Under the pieces are notes generated by a model. That model had not been told where the DNA came from, made no database searches, and was given only the letters and a program-made list of their open reading frames with translations. A stretch of DNA of 63,958 nucleotides, the filler included, from Lama guanicoe (Eukaryota): the NCBI GenBank assembly GCA_013239625.1. It is 208 parts of 208 records of this genome, joined end to end, with 100 filler letters (N's around TTAATTAATTAA, not from the genome) between each part and the next. Parts side by side here need not be neighbours in the genome. Positions count along the whole stretch, not along the records: positions 51,431 to 51,638 come from PNXV01034744.1; positions 51,739 to 51,946 come from PNXV01034745.1; positions 52,047 to 52,254 come from PNXV01034746.1; positions 52,355 to 52,562 come from PNXV01034747.1; positions 52,663 to 52,870 come from PNXV01034748.1; positions 52,971 to 53,178 come from PNXV01034749.1; positions 53,279 to 53,486 come from PNXV01034750.1; positions 53,587 to 53,794 come from PNXV01034751.1; 200 more parts are not named here. The stretch is one strand, 5' to 3'. The translations under genes and the position numbers were made by a program. This document shows, in pieces, positions 51,431-63,958 of the stretch. Numbering within the stretch: position 1 is the first letter of the stretch; each line of letters opens with the position of its first letter.

Positions 51431-51638
51431 ATGGAATGCAGAACACAGAATATAGAATATATAATACAGAACACTAAATATACAATTTAGATTAAATAAT
51501 GTAGAACACAGAATTTTGAATATAGAATAGAAAATATTGAACCCAGAATTTAGAACATGGAATGCTTAACACAGAATTCAGATTATTGAATGTAGAACAC
51601 AGAGCTTAGAATATGGAATACAGAATGCAGAAGTAGAA
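51431..51638 (-). repeat. AT-rich 7-bp-unit satellite, opposite orientation
   Basis: Periodic tagaata/cagaatt/gaacaca units. Confidence 0.9.
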
Positions 51639-52354
51639 NNNNNNNNNNNNNNNNNNNNNNNNNNNNNNNNNNNNNNNNNNNNTTAATTAATTAANNNNNN
51701 NNNNNNNNNNNNNNNNNNNNNNNNNNNNNNNNNNNNNNATAAATCAAACAGAATCGTTTAGTATTCAGCCAAGCTAGATGAAAACCCTGAAAATTACTTG
51801 CTCAGCCTACCAATCTGAAGTTGCTTTATGATCAAATAAAGCCCTTCATAAGTGTGTCAGCCTCCCTGTGTGCAACAGCCTCCACCCACGACTGCCACAC
51901 GGATGGTCTCTTCTCTGCCTCAGAGGTGGCCATTCTTAATTGTGCCNNNNNNNNNNNNNNNNNNNNNNNNNNNNNNNNNNNNNNNNNNNNTTAATTAATT
52001 AANNNNNNNNNNNNNNNNNNNNNNNNNNNNNNNNNNNNNNNNNNNNGACGGCCTCCAAGGCTCATCCTTGGACGAGAGAAGCAAGTTAAAGAAGAACAGC
52101 TACGATAGTCCGACGTCATTCACGCGTAGAGCCAGCGCCGGCCACCCCCGTGGACATGCATGCAGGCAAACCGTGCGCCTCTCTGGGTGCAGTTGTGTCC
52201 ACAGCGCTGCACAGAAAAAGGCCCAGGAAGGTGCACATCAAAGCGATAGCAGTGNNNNNNNNNNNNNNNNNNNNNNNNNNNNNNNNNNNNNNNNNNNNTT
52301 AATTAATTAANNNNNNNNNNNNNNNNNNNNNNNNNNNNNNNNNNNNNNNNNNNN

Positions 52355-52494
52355 TGGTTTTCTAGGACATTAGTCTGCCATCTTCTTGGTCTGCTGGCTT
52401 TCCAGATAACGTCATTATTACTTGCTCCAACACCTTGTCTCCCAATTTATCGGCCTGTTGTATGGCAAGCAGTACGAGTTTGGACTTGGTAACA
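52355..52494 (+). mobile_element. ERV1 LTR 3' part (R/U5)
   Basis: gacattagtctgccatcttc...ggctttcc...tttggacttggtaaca ending in CA, typical of laurasiatherian ERV1 LTRs. Confidence 0.7.
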
Positions 52495-53586
52495 ACTTTA
52501 GCGAATTTTGACAGGAAGACCCTTAGGAAAAGTGGCCCCAGCAGCTGCTCGGGACTTACTCCNNNNNNNNNNNNNNNNNNNNNNNNNNNNNNNNNNNNNN
52601 NNNNNNTTAATTAATTAANNNNNNNNNNNNNNNNNNNNNNNNNNNNNNNNNNNNNNNNNNNNGAACTGGTATTTATGCTGAAGGAGGAGGCCCCGTTTAG
52701 CATGATCAGTGATGGGGAGGTTGGCATCACAAATCTGGTTGCCAACCTCCAAAACTCCATGGTCAGAAAGTTTCTGGGATGTTGGCATCATCGCCATTTG
52801 TAAAGACAATGGCCCCATTCAAGGTGAAGCAGAGGAAAACCTGGCAGTTTTCGTCTCCCAAACAGGGAGANNNNNNNNNNNNNNNNNNNNNNNNNNNNNN
52901 NNNNNNNNNNNNNNTTAATTAATTAANNNNNNNNNNNNNNNNNNNNNNNNNNNNNNNNNNNNNNNNNNNNCAAGAAAACATCAAATGTCTATGACCTTTA
53001 TGAATGAAACAAAATACATGTCTATGGCTTACATTTTTATAGCCATCATTATCATCATAAACCTTCATATTTCTGATTCTTAAACCTCATAACCAGATCA
53101 AAATAAGAATGGTCTTTGATTCCGTAAAATTTTGGACTGAAATTTAGGGATCCTCATTTTGGAAATTTGAATAATCTCNNNNNNNNNNNNNNNNNNNNNN
53201 NNNNNNNNNNNNNNNNNNNNNNTTAATTAATTAANNNNNNNNNNNNNNNNNNNNNNNNNNNNNNNNNNNNNNNNNNNNAATACAACTCAACTGAGCCCAG
53301 TGTATTTGAGAGAATGGGGGAAACCATGCTCTGTAAGACTAAAAAATATTTGTTTATTTGTTTACATATATATAGGTTACATACATAATGAAAAAGACAT
53401 GTTTAAAGTTCTGTTTGAAACTCTCAAATATATAGGCTTTGCTAAGATGCTTCAAGCTTGCTTATCTTGTATGCTGAATAGCTTTTNNNNNNNNNNNNNN
53501 NNNNNNNNNNNNNNNNNNNNNNNNNNNNNNTTAATTAATTAANNNNNNNNNNNNNNNNNNNNNNNNNNNNNNNNNNNNNNNNNNNN

Positions 53587-53794
53587 CCGTATCCTATATT
53601 CTATATTCTGACTTCTACATTCTATATTCTAAGTTTGATACTCAGTATTTTGTATTCTATATTCTAAGTTCTGTGTTCTAAATTCCATATTCTAAATTCT
53701 GGTTTCTATATGCTCTACTCTATTTTCTATATTCTGTGTTCAAGTTTCGATATTCTAAATACTATATTCAGCATTCTGTGTTCTGTCTTCTAAA
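53587..53794 (+). repeat. AT-rich 7-bp-unit satellite
   Basis: Colinear with 3105-3275. Confidence 0.9.
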
Positions 53795-54202
53795 NNNNNN
53801 NNNNNNNNNNNNNNNNNNNNNNNNNNNNNNNNNNNNNNTTAATTAATTAANNNNNNNNNNNNNNNNNNNNNNNNNNNNNNNNNNNNNNNNNNNNCCATAT
53901 TTCTGAAACATTTTAAAAATGTATTGCCATTTGTGAAAGAATTGTATAACAAATAATTATCTAGATTTTGCTATCAAGCCCACTTCATTACTGCATATTA
54001 GTAAAATAAAATAGTATATTTCTTTATGGAAGACTCCTTTTCTCATTTCTTCTGTAGTTTTGAATCAGGAAATTGAAGCATTCAGTCTTTCCGAAGACAC
54101 TTNNNNNNNNNNNNNNNNNNNNNNNNNNNNNNNNNNNNNNNNNNNNTTAATTAATTAANNNNNNNNNNNNNNNNNNNNNNNNNNNNNNNNNNNNNNNNNN
54201 NN

Positions 54203-54410
54203 ACTCTTGTGTCTGTAAACTCCTGGGCCAGCACACTCTTGTGTCTGCAAATTCCTGGGCCAGTACACTCAAATGTCTTCTCACTCTTGGGCCTGCACAT
54301 CCTCGGCCTGCACAATACCGTGCCTTCTCCCTCCTGTGTCTGCACATTCCTGGGCCTGCACACTCCGGGGCCAGCACACTCTTTTGTCAGTAAAGACCTG
54401 GGCCAGCACA
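54203..54410 (+). repeat. 16-bp-unit tandem repeat (CTCCTGGGCCWGCACA-like), 13 units
   Basis: Parses into 16-mers: ctcttgtgtctgtaaa / ctcctgggccagcaca / ctcttgtgtctgcaaa / ttcctgggccagtaca ... Confidence 0.9.
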
Positions 54411-54510
54411 NNNNNNNNNNNNNNNNNNNNNNNNNNNNNNNNNNNNNNNNNNNNTTAATTAATTAANNNNNNNNNNNNNNNNNNNNNNNNNNNNNNNNNN
54501 NNNNNNNNNN

Positions 54511-54718
54511 CCTGCAACCTGTTCCCTTTTGTGCAAGATGGATGAACGTCTCTCCACATACTCAGTTTTGAAAGTTTAGCGACTGTGAAAGCCGCCCTTC
54601 ACCTAGCTTGTTGGGAACAAAAAGTTTCTCTTCAGTTGCAAATCCCACTACATACATATATATGGGTAAGTACAAGCTCAAAATCGGTCTTACATTGAAA
54701 ACGGCAGGAACTTCAAGC
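54511..54718 (+). repeat. ~248-bp-monomer satellite, copy 4
   Basis: Spans the junction linking the end of contig 12626 back to its start. Confidence 0.8.
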
Positions 54719-54829
54719 NNNNNNNNNNNNNNNNNNNNNNNNNNNNNNNNNNNNNNNNNNNNTTAATTAATTAANNNNNNNNNNNNNNNNNNNNNNNNNN
54801 NNNNNNNNNNNNNNNNNNTAGCATACACA

Positions 54830-54960
54830 CAGCACAGAATTCAAAAGGTGCAGAAGGATTCCCAGTGTAAGAGTGTCTCCCTCCCACTTCTGTGTTGCCT
54901 TCCAGATCCCCTTCCTGGAGGAAACCACCTTTACTGGTGCTTAACCAGCAATAATTATGT
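54830..54960 (-). mobile_element. Ancient L1ME-type 3' end
   Basis: aattcaaaaggtgcagaagg...gtctccctcccac...ggaggaaaccac. Confidence 0.55.
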
Positions 54961-55742
54961 GCAGGCACATGGATTACACATAAACTTGTTTCATAAAATG
55001 GTAACAAAATAGACATACTATGGTACNNNNNNNNNNNNNNNNNNNNNNNNNNNNNNNNNNNNNNNNNNNNTTAATTAATTAANNNNNNNNNNNNNNNNNN
55101 NNNNNNNNNNNNNNNNNNNNNNNNNNTACGGCCTGAAACAAGGGTTTTAAAAGAAGCCATGTTCCATTTTTTTTTTTAAAGAAACTATTTTATAGCAAGC
55201 ACACTTTTATGTATTTTTAAGTTAAAATTCCAATTATATTCTTCTTTTAAAATAAGTGGAATATTAATTTCCGGATTGGAGAAAGCTTTTTCAAGTGTCT
55301 CTTTGAAATAGTTTTTTACAGTCCTTGAAAAGTANNNNNNNNNNNNNNNNNNNNNNNNNNNNNNNNNNNNNNNNNNNNTTAATTAATTAANNNNNNNNNN
55401 NNNNNNNNNNNNNNNNNNNNNNNNNNNNNNNNNNCTTGATATTGTTTATTAGATGCATTTCTGGTTCTTGATTAGTAAGCCATAGTGGACACTGGTTGAT
55501 CAATATCACTAAGTATCTACCTAGCTTTACCCATGACCAGACTGTTTTTTTATTTACAACCAAGGTTGGTTTTAGGTAGTCAAATAGATTACATTCTTAA
55601 GGTTATGTATTGTGATGATAGTAATATTTCAACTATTTTCCCNNNNNNNNNNNNNNNNNNNNNNNNNNNNNNNNNNNNNNNNNNNNTTAATTAATTAANN
55701 NNNNNNNNNNNNNNNNNNNNNNNNNNNNNNNNNNNNNNNNNN

Positions 55743-55950
55743 AAATAGAAACAGACTCACAGACATAGAAAACAAACATGGTTACCAAAGTGGAAGGGCA
55801 GGGATAATTAGGCATTTGGGATTCACGTGTACACACTACTATATATAAAATAGGTACACAACAAGGACCTATGGTATAGAACAGGGAACTCTCTTCAATA
55901 TCTTATAATAACCTATAATGGAAAATAATCTGAATAATAATATATACATG
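55743..55950 (+). mobile_element. Cetartiodactyl-type L1 3' UTR
   Basis: aaatagaaacagactcacagacatagaaaacaaacatggttacc...caatatcttataataacctataatggaaaa. Confidence 0.9.
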
Positions 55951-57282
55951 NNNNNNNNNNNNNNNNNNNNNNNNNNNNNNNNNNNNNNNNNNNNTTAATT
56001 AATTAANNNNNNNNNNNNNNNNNNNNNNNNNNNNNNNNNNNNNNNNNNNNCTTGAAATGAAGGAGGTGTATTTCCCCTGTACTTTGCTTTTTTGTCCACG
56101 TATCTTTGAAATCACTTCATGTCAATTTCTCTCTCTGTCTCTGTCTCTGTCTCTGTCTTTGTCTGTCCTCGTGGTTTCACAGTAATTCATTTTATGATTA
56201 TACAATAAATTATTCGGTGTCTCATGAATGAATGGCTATTTGGGTTACTTTCTGTAAANNNNNNNNNNNNNNNNNNNNNNNNNNNNNNNNNNNNNNNNNN
56301 NNTTAATTAATTAANNNNNNNNNNNNNNNNNNNNNNNNNNNNNNNNNNNNNNNNNNNNGACGGGACCGAGGTCCAGAGCCAGGAACTAATCTGGGAACTC
56401 CAGACCAGAGCTGAGAGTTACGGCTTGACAATAAGGGGTGAAGCCTGGGGGTTCTTTCTCGGTCATGGGGCAGAGCGGCGGAAGGGGTCTTCGCGGTGGG
56501 ACTGAGTGCACAGTAGGTGCTGAACACAGGCTAATGTCCTCCTGTTCTGAAGCTAAGGAGTGTTATNNNNNNNNNNNNNNNNNNNNNNNNNNNNNNNNNN
56601 NNNNNNNNNNTTAATTAATTAANNNNNNNNNNNNNNNNNNNNNNNNNNNNNNNNNNNNNNNNNNNNATTTAAATGCAGGGCACGACCGGAGAAACCTTTC
56701 TTGGTGGAATGGGGAAAAAGTTGAGGATCACTAATGCCAGTGTCTACGCACGTGGCCGCAGAATTCTGTGTGTCACTGATGAGAATGTGCCAGGTGTGAC
56801 CCACCTTTCTTCCGGGGCAGGGACTCACGGCGTATCTTATGTTCATTGTTTGATGTTCTCATTGTGACTGAAAANNNNNNNNNNNNNNNNNNNNNNNNNN
56901 NNNNNNNNNNNNNNNNNNTTAATTAATTAANNNNNNNNNNNNNNNNNNNNNNNNNNNNNNNNNNNNNNNNNNNNCAGAGTCTGCCGTTCCCTGCTTCTGA
57001 GGCCCCTCTGAGCTGAGGTTGCCAAAGTGCAGGGAGGTAAAGTCAGGTGTATCTAGGGCGAGGCACGGCTGGGGCTCACACTCGGGTGTCCGCCTGGCTC
57101 CAGAGCTCGCGCTTTCCCCTCTGCCTGGTTCCGGTCCTAGCTGTGCTGGGCCCGGGCTGATGTCTGTGCTGGTCTTGTACCCNNNNNNNNNNNNNNNNNN
57201 NNNNNNNNNNNNNNNNNNNNNNNNNNTTAATTAATTAANNNNNNNNNNNNNNNNNNNNNNNNNNNNNNNNNNNNNNNNNNNN

Positions 57283-57490
57283 CTTTTCTGACTGTCTCTT
57301 ACCCTGCCAGAAAGGATAATCACCCATCCCACAACCCACCCTCTATCTCAATACCCTGTTTGTTGCCTTCATAATATTTTCCAGTTTGTAATGATTAATT
57401 TGTGTGTTTTTTCCTACCTCAACATTGGAATGCAAACTCTGTGAGGGCAGGAATCACATCTATCTTGTTTATCATTATATCTCCAGCATT
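57283..57490 (+). mobile_element. L2 3' region
   Basis: gaatgcaaactctgtgagggcaggaatcacatctatcttgttta...tatatctccagca. Confidence 0.75.
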
Positions 57491-58206
57491 NNNNNNNNNN
57501 NNNNNNNNNNNNNNNNNNNNNNNNNNNNNNNNNNTTAATTAATTAANNNNNNNNNNNNNNNNNNNNNNNNNNNNNNNNNNNNNNNNNNNNTATCTTTTTC
57601 TAGGCTTCTAACAAGCTTCAGCAAAGGATTTATGAACAAGGATGAATTATCCAAAAAAGTATCACTGTAATAGTGGTTCAAATTTCCATTTGACTTCTGA
57701 AAAAAGGCATAATAAGACTTTTGAATTGGAAAGAGAGACAGGGTTTAAATTAACCATCAACTTAAACAGTATGATGCTTCTAAGTATGGCCACTGTTCNN
57801 NNNNNNNNNNNNNNNNNNNNNNNNNNNNNNNNNNNNNNNNNNTTAATTAATTAANNNNNNNNNNNNNNNNNNNNNNNNNNNNNNNNNNNNNNNNNNNNGA
57901 GGTTAATATCAGCTGAAATCTGGTGTGCCACGTGGCCTTGGCGTCCTTGAGTCTCACCAGCTCCGTGGAGCAGATAGAAAAGGGGCCGTTTGGGAGCTGA
58001 AGAAAAGCAGAGGAGAAAAAGGAACCATGAGGAAGATGTTGCTGCCTCTGCAGGCATGGAGCCGGGGAGCCCGCTGGATGCACCAGCGCCTCCCTCCCAC
58101 AGCGAANNNNNNNNNNNNNNNNNNNNNNNNNNNNNNNNNNNNNNNNNNNNTTAATTAATTAANNNNNNNNNNNNNNNNNNNNNNNNNNNNNNNNNNNNNN
58201 NNNNNN

Positions 58207-58262
58207 ACATTGTCTGGCACATAGTAGGTGCTTGCTGAGTAATTTTCCAATTGAACGAATTA
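58207..58262 (+). mobile_element. L2/MIR 3' terminus
   Basis: gtctggcacatagtaggtgct...ttgaacgaat. Confidence 0.6.
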
Positions 58263-58869
58263 CTTTTCACTTGGGAATTAACAGACCAAGATGCTCCGTG
58301 TCCCCAGGACATCTGTGTGGCAAAAGGGGAGACCACTACCCAGAGGAGTAAAACTCAAAGGTGGTGCTCCAGGCACCAGGGGCAGGGGGGCATTTGGGGA
58401 ACCTCATTCCGAACNNNNNNNNNNNNNNNNNNNNNNNNNNNNNNNNNNNNNNNNNNNNTTAATTAATTAANNNNNNNNNNNNNNNNNNNNNNNNNNNNNN
58501 NNNNNNNNNNNNNNCATGTGGAGAGGCTGCTGAATTAATATAAGAACTCAGAGTGGGGGCCTGGTTATGAGCCGAGTCCACCCTGTTACTTAGTGGATGA
58601 CTCTGGATGCTGTCTGGGGGGGATACAGACTACACCCACGTAATCTTCTGTAATTTGGGGCTGGGCATGGGAACTGAAAGATGCCCAGTCCTTCTCCCAG
58701 TGAAGCTTTTATGGCCATTTGCNNNNNNNNNNNNNNNNNNNNNNNNNNNNNNNNNNNNNNNNNNNNTTAATTAATTAANNNNNNNNNNNNNNNNNNNNNN
58801 NNNNNNNNNNNNNNNNNNNNNNTTCACATTTGAGGCCTCCTTCCTCCACGAGGATGAATCTGCTGGTGA

Positions 58870-59028
<159 letters not shown>

Positions 59029-60241
59029 CGNNNNNNNNNNNNNNNNNNNNNNNNNNNNNNNNNNNNNNNNNNNNTTAATTAATTAANNNNNNNNNNNNNN
59101 NNNNNNNNNNNNNNNNNNNNNNNNNNNNNNGGTTTCTCTCAGCTCTGCTGCTCTGGGAGTTTGGGAGTTGGAGTCTGGACTGCTTCTGAGGTGCCCTGAC
59201 CCATCACCGGACTTTGAAGGTTGGACCCTGGAGAACCCCTGGCGGATTTCCCTCAACTCTCCTGCCTGTTCCTCTTGCCTCCAGGGCATGGCTGCTTTAA
59301 ACCTGCAGAGGCTGCACGCACCTCAGGAGGGGATCTCTNNNNNNNNNNNNNNNNNNNNNNNNNNNNNNNNNNNNNNNNNNNNTTAATTAATTAANNNNNN
59401 NNNNNNNNNNNNNNNNNNNNNNNNNNNNNNNNNNNNNNCCCCTTGTCACCACCTCGAAACTTCCTTCTCACCATTGCAGATAATTCTCATCTCCTCCCAG
59501 ATTAGAAACACACTGCCTGGCTTTCTCACTATAATTTCCCCGTTTCTTGAGCCGCATGCATATGGAATCATCACCAGCCTTCTCTGTCTGGAGTCCGTCT
59601 CACAGCAGCTCTGGCAGTTCATCTATCTTGTGAATAAACCACGTTTNNNNNNNNNNNNNNNNNNNNNNNNNNNNNNNNNNNNNNNNNNNNTTAATTAATT
59701 AANNNNNNNNNNNNNNNNNNNNNNNNNNNNNNNNNNNNNNNNNNNNAGAGGACCTGTATAACCTAGAATTTTACGTCATCTAGCTTCTTTCAAAAACTGG
59801 GAGAAGTCACATTTTGCTTAGACGATATAAGAATGCGGCATTCTCCACCTCCTTTGGTATTCTGTATTTGACCCTTGCAGTGACTTCTAAACCACAGAAT
59901 GCCTACTCCTTAGGACAAAGAAGCTTCAATTACTGGGATTCACTTTTAAGACTANNNNNNNNNNNNNNNNNNNNNNNNNNNNNNNNNNNNNNNNNNNNTT
60001 AATTAATTAANNNNNNNNNNNNNNNNNNNNNNNNNNNNNNNNNNNNNNNNNNNNTTGGTGTGTTTTCATAGGCCAGTGACTATGCAAATGTCCATTTTTC
60101 TCCATGAAAAGCATTTCACCATCAGATAATCTCAATTCTTCTGCCCCTAGTTTTCTGATAATTCATAGACTTACAGGTAATTTTAAATCTCCATGTATAC
60201 AGAACAAAGGGATTTCCTCCTGTTAGCATAACTGGGTTGGT

Positions 60242-60262
60242 ACACACACACACACACACACA
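60242..60262. repeat. (CA)n microsatellite at contig end
   Basis: Directly visible. Confidence 0.95.
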
Positions 60263-60848
60263 NNNNNNNNNNNNNNNNNNNNNNNNNNNNNNNNNNNNNN
60301 NNNNNNTTAATTAATTAANNNNNNNNNNNNNNNNNNNNNNNNNNNNNNNNNNNNNNNNNNNNAGTTTTCCCAAAGTTTCTTCCAAACTTATTTATTCCCA
60401 GAATCACTTTTGCCCTCATAGTATCTGAAACTTGTGTTTGGGAAAACATCTGAAACACAGTTTAGAAAATCCTAGGTGTAGAGAAAGGGGATTGGGTAAG
60501 ATTAAGACCTTGGACCTACAGAGCACGGCTTCTGAATGAGCCTCTGCCCAGACACAGCCTCAGGACCTGANNNNNNNNNNNNNNNNNNNNNNNNNNNNNN
60601 NNNNNNNNNNNNNNTTAATTAATTAANNNNNNNNNNNNNNNNNNNNNNNNNNNNNNNNNNNNNNNNNNNNTTTGAAGGATAGACAACTTTAGCAACTCTA
60701 GATGTTCAGGACACAAAGTAAGTGTTTGGTAAATGTTTACTGTTGTTTCATGTTTTTGTGCCTTTGTACCTGTTGATTTTCCAGACCTCATTTTGTCAAT
60801 GAATCTTCCTTTCCTGATCAATACGAAGTGGAGCATCTGTTTTTGTTT

Positions 60849-60878
60849 TGTGTGCGTGTGTGTGTGTGTGTGTGTGTG
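60849..60878. repeat. (TG)n microsatellite at contig end
   Basis: Directly visible, one interruption. Confidence 0.95.
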
Positions 60879-62210
60879 NNNNNNNNNNNNNNNNNNNNNN
60901 NNNNNNNNNNNNNNNNNNNNNNTTAATTAATTAANNNNNNNNNNNNNNNNNNNNNNNNNNNNNNNNNNNNNNNNNNNNGGCATGAAGCGGTGCCAGGCTG
61001 GTCCACAAAGGGAGACAGACACAGACAGGCAGACACAGAGGGATTTAGGGATGAGGTGGAACAATGAGACGGCTGCTCAGCTGTGTCTTGTTGTTGCTGA
61101 TAGTTCCCTCAACTGGCTCACTGCTGACTCGGCAGTTCTTGGTAAAACCTGTGGATTTCCTCAGCTCTGAGTTCTCTCTGAGGCTTNNNNNNNNNNNNNN
61201 NNNNNNNNNNNNNNNNNNNNNNNNNNNNNNTTAATTAATTAANNNNNNNNNNNNNNNNNNNNNNNNNNNNNNNNNNNNNNNNNNNNTCCGTTCTTCCTTC
61301 TCTCTGCCGGGTGCTGGGTGGATGGGGCCAGCACCTCTGCAAGACCGCCAGGAGGACCGAGTGCAGGGCCTCCCTTCCAAGGGGCTGGTTTCTTGCTTCC
61401 TTTAGAAACTGGTACCCATCCCATGATGAACTAGTGAAGAACATCAGAGTGATGCCTAAGAAATTTCAAATAAATGCAAAATCTCCAAATTTCTNNNNNN
61501 NNNNNNNNNNNNNNNNNNNNNNNNNNNNNNNNNNNNNNTTAATTAATTAANNNNNNNNNNNNNNNNNNNNNNNNNNNNNNNNNNNNNNNNNNNNTCACAA
61601 GTAACTAGGAGGGAGTCACAATGCAGACAGAATTTCCATATTTAGACACTCTGATATACACGACATTCTCCCTACTCCCATTTACAGTGGTGAAGAAAAG
61701 TTACCTTGCAACATTGTACATGGCAAAGGCAGTTGCCTGATTCCAAATACACGCCTGTCTTTACAATTTTCCTCAATGTGTGCACTGAGTCTTAAGGGAT
61801 ATNNNNNNNNNNNNNNNNNNNNNNNNNNNNNNNNNNNNNNNNNNNNTTAATTAATTAANNNNNNNNNNNNNNNNNNNNNNNNNNNNNNNNNNNNNNNNNN
61901 NNGTATCTTCAAAACATTCTTGTGTGGAGAAGCATGAGGACACGTGGGTCAAAGAAGGCAAATTAGACTGGAAAATTAATATAAAATTTATCACAAAGAA
62001 GTTAAATCAGAAAGTCAGTAAAAACGGTGAAAAATGCAAAAATTCTTCATAGTAAGGTAGCGCCACTACATGACAACTCTGAACTACATGGTGACTTAAA
62101 GGAACTACCTNNNNNNNNNNNNNNNNNNNNNNNNNNNNNNNNNNNNNNNNNNNNTTAATTAATTAANNNNNNNNNNNNNNNNNNNNNNNNNNNNNNNNNN
62201 NNNNNNNNNN

Positions 62211-62418
62211 GAACAACCTGGGCCCTCCATAAAACAACACAGTTGACATACCCTGGGGGGGAAGGATGCATAACCTCATATATGAAAATCCACAGAAAGA
62301 TTTCAGGTGAAGATAGGCTGGCCTCAGGCACAGCCACCATATCCTCCGGTGCTTAGCACCCATGTGGGATTGGGGGCAAAACCTGCATCCACACCTAAGG
62401 ACTTAGCAGCCTCAAGGG
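62211..62418. repeat. Unclassified repeat family, copy A
   Basis: Colinear along its whole length with 63755-63958. Confidence 0.85.
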
Positions 62419-63134
62419 NNNNNNNNNNNNNNNNNNNNNNNNNNNNNNNNNNNNNNNNNNNNTTAATTAATTAANNNNNNNNNNNNNNNNNNNNNNNNNN
62501 NNNNNNNNNNNNNNNNNNAGTCTTTGCAGAGACAGGCAAAACTTGGTGAATGACACCTTACATGAATATGTATCACTGCTGTTAGTACAGTGGGTTTGTG
62601 GTCATGCTGTTCTTTATGCGTAACAGTTTTTCAAAATTGAGTTTAGAATTAAAAAAAATGGAAACACTCTACCCAATTTTATAGAGATGGATCTTAGAAC
62701 CTGAAAGAATGATCCTTGAGCAAAGTNNNNNNNNNNNNNNNNNNNNNNNNNNNNNNNNNNNNNNNNNNNNTTAATTAATTAANNNNNNNNNNNNNNNNNN
62801 NNNNNNNNNNNNNNNNNNNNNNNNNNTTTAAGAACTAAAACATTATTTTAAGCTAGTTTTTAGTTGCCCTTGGAGATATTCGAACAGGAGCCATGATGTT
62901 CATATGGCTGTAGGTGCACAGTGCGTTACATGTGGCAGAGAACATTGAGGTCATTGTGATGATGTGGCCATAAGGACACAGGTGATAACAGTGGTAATGA
63001 GAGGAGATGTCAGATGGGAGAGCAATCACATCTCNNNNNNNNNNNNNNNNNNNNNNNNNNNNNNNNNNNNNNNNNNNNTTAATTAATTAANNNNNNNNNN
63101 NNNNNNNNNNNNNNNNNNNNNNNNNNNNNNNNNN

Positions 63135-63216
63135 GGTCAGGTAATTTGCCCAAGGCCACACAGCTTGGAAGTGGGGAGCAGGCCTGTCTGACTCCAAAGG
63201 GAAGGCTTTTTGCCAC
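63135..63216 (-). mobile_element. MIR fragment
   Basis: gtaatttgcccaaggccacacagct...gtctgactccaaag. Confidence 0.7.
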
Positions 63217-63750
63217 GACTTAAGGTTTTGGTACATCTGCTAGGCGTGACATAAAGAGGATTTACACAGCCTGCCTGGTGGACTGTCTTAGAAGACCTTC
63301 AAGATTCTTTAAGAATCTAGAAATTCTGTAATGCTGTGCCACNNNNNNNNNNNNNNNNNNNNNNNNNNNNNNNNNNNNNNNNNNNNTTAATTAATTAANN
63401 NNNNNNNNNNNNNNNNNNNNNNNNNNNNNNNNNNNNNNNNNNAGACTGTCTAGTACTCTTCAGAAGGAAAAAAAGGAGTCTTGTTTTTCCAGATTTGCTT
63501 TGTATTGACACCTATAATTGCCTTCAGCGTTCTAGAATCATCCATTAAAGGGTATAATTAGAGATTCTTGTTAAAAAATGGTTGGTATTAATTATGAGAA
63601 GTAAAAATAGAAGGAACTTCTGTGAGGTGAAGTGTCATAGCCCTGCTGGGNNNNNNNNNNNNNNNNNNNNNNNNNNNNNNNNNNNNNNNNNNNNTTAATT
63701 AATTAANNNNNNNNNNNNNNNNNNNNNNNNNNNNNNNNNNNNNNNNNNNN

Positions 63751-63958
63751 GGCAGAACAACCTGGGGCCTCCATAAAACAGCACGGCTGACGTGCCCTGA
63801 GGGGAAGGGTACATACCCCCATCTCTGAAAACCCTAGGAAGGTTTTCAGCAAGGAGAGGTGGGGCTCGGGCGCGGCTGCCATATCCTCTGGTGTTTGGCA
63901 CCCAGGCTGGGGGGTGGGAGCGAAACCTGAATCCGAGCCTGGGGGCTCAGCAGCCTCA
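63751..63958. repeat. Unclassified repeat family, copy B (CpG-retaining)
   Basis: Colinear with 62211-62414. Confidence 0.85.

Noticed and set aside
52716..52750. 11-bp inverted repeat ggaggttggca/tgccaacctcc with 13-nt loop
   Set aside because: Short enough to arise by chance in about 43 kb, with no supporting context.
54147..54466. Cys-rich repetitive ORFs resembling keratin-associated proteins
   Set aside because: The 16-bp unit is not a multiple of 3 and frames are open on both strands, so they are a by-product of the tandem repeat.

Overview
This window is not a contiguous locus. It is an artificial concatenation of 208 unplaced short assembly contigs (202 of 208 bp, six of 207 bp), joined by 207 identical 100-bp linkers (N44-TTAATTAATTAA-N44). 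The linker core is palindromic and places a stop codon in all six frames, so almost every ORF in the supplied track is an artefact of reading into Ns and ending at the linker. The DNA is placental mammal, most likely camelid, judged from a tRNA-Ala-derived SINE resembling camelid vic-1 and from cetartiodactyl-type L1 3' ends. Content is mostly intronic or intergenic fragments with L1, L2, MIR, MLT1/ERV LTR and Tigger1 pieces. There are three tandem-repeat families (7-bp AT-rich, ~248-bp, 16-bp), two recognisable coding fragments (LRRC47 5' coding exon, one HMCN2 Ig-domain exon), an allelic assembly bubble, and a ~49-bp fold-back inside an L1 3' UTR. Repeat and gene names come from my recall of consensus sequences, not from a database search. 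Neighbouring contigs are unrelated, so I find no support for a multi-gene novel system, and the 308-bp periodicity is not a CRISPR array.
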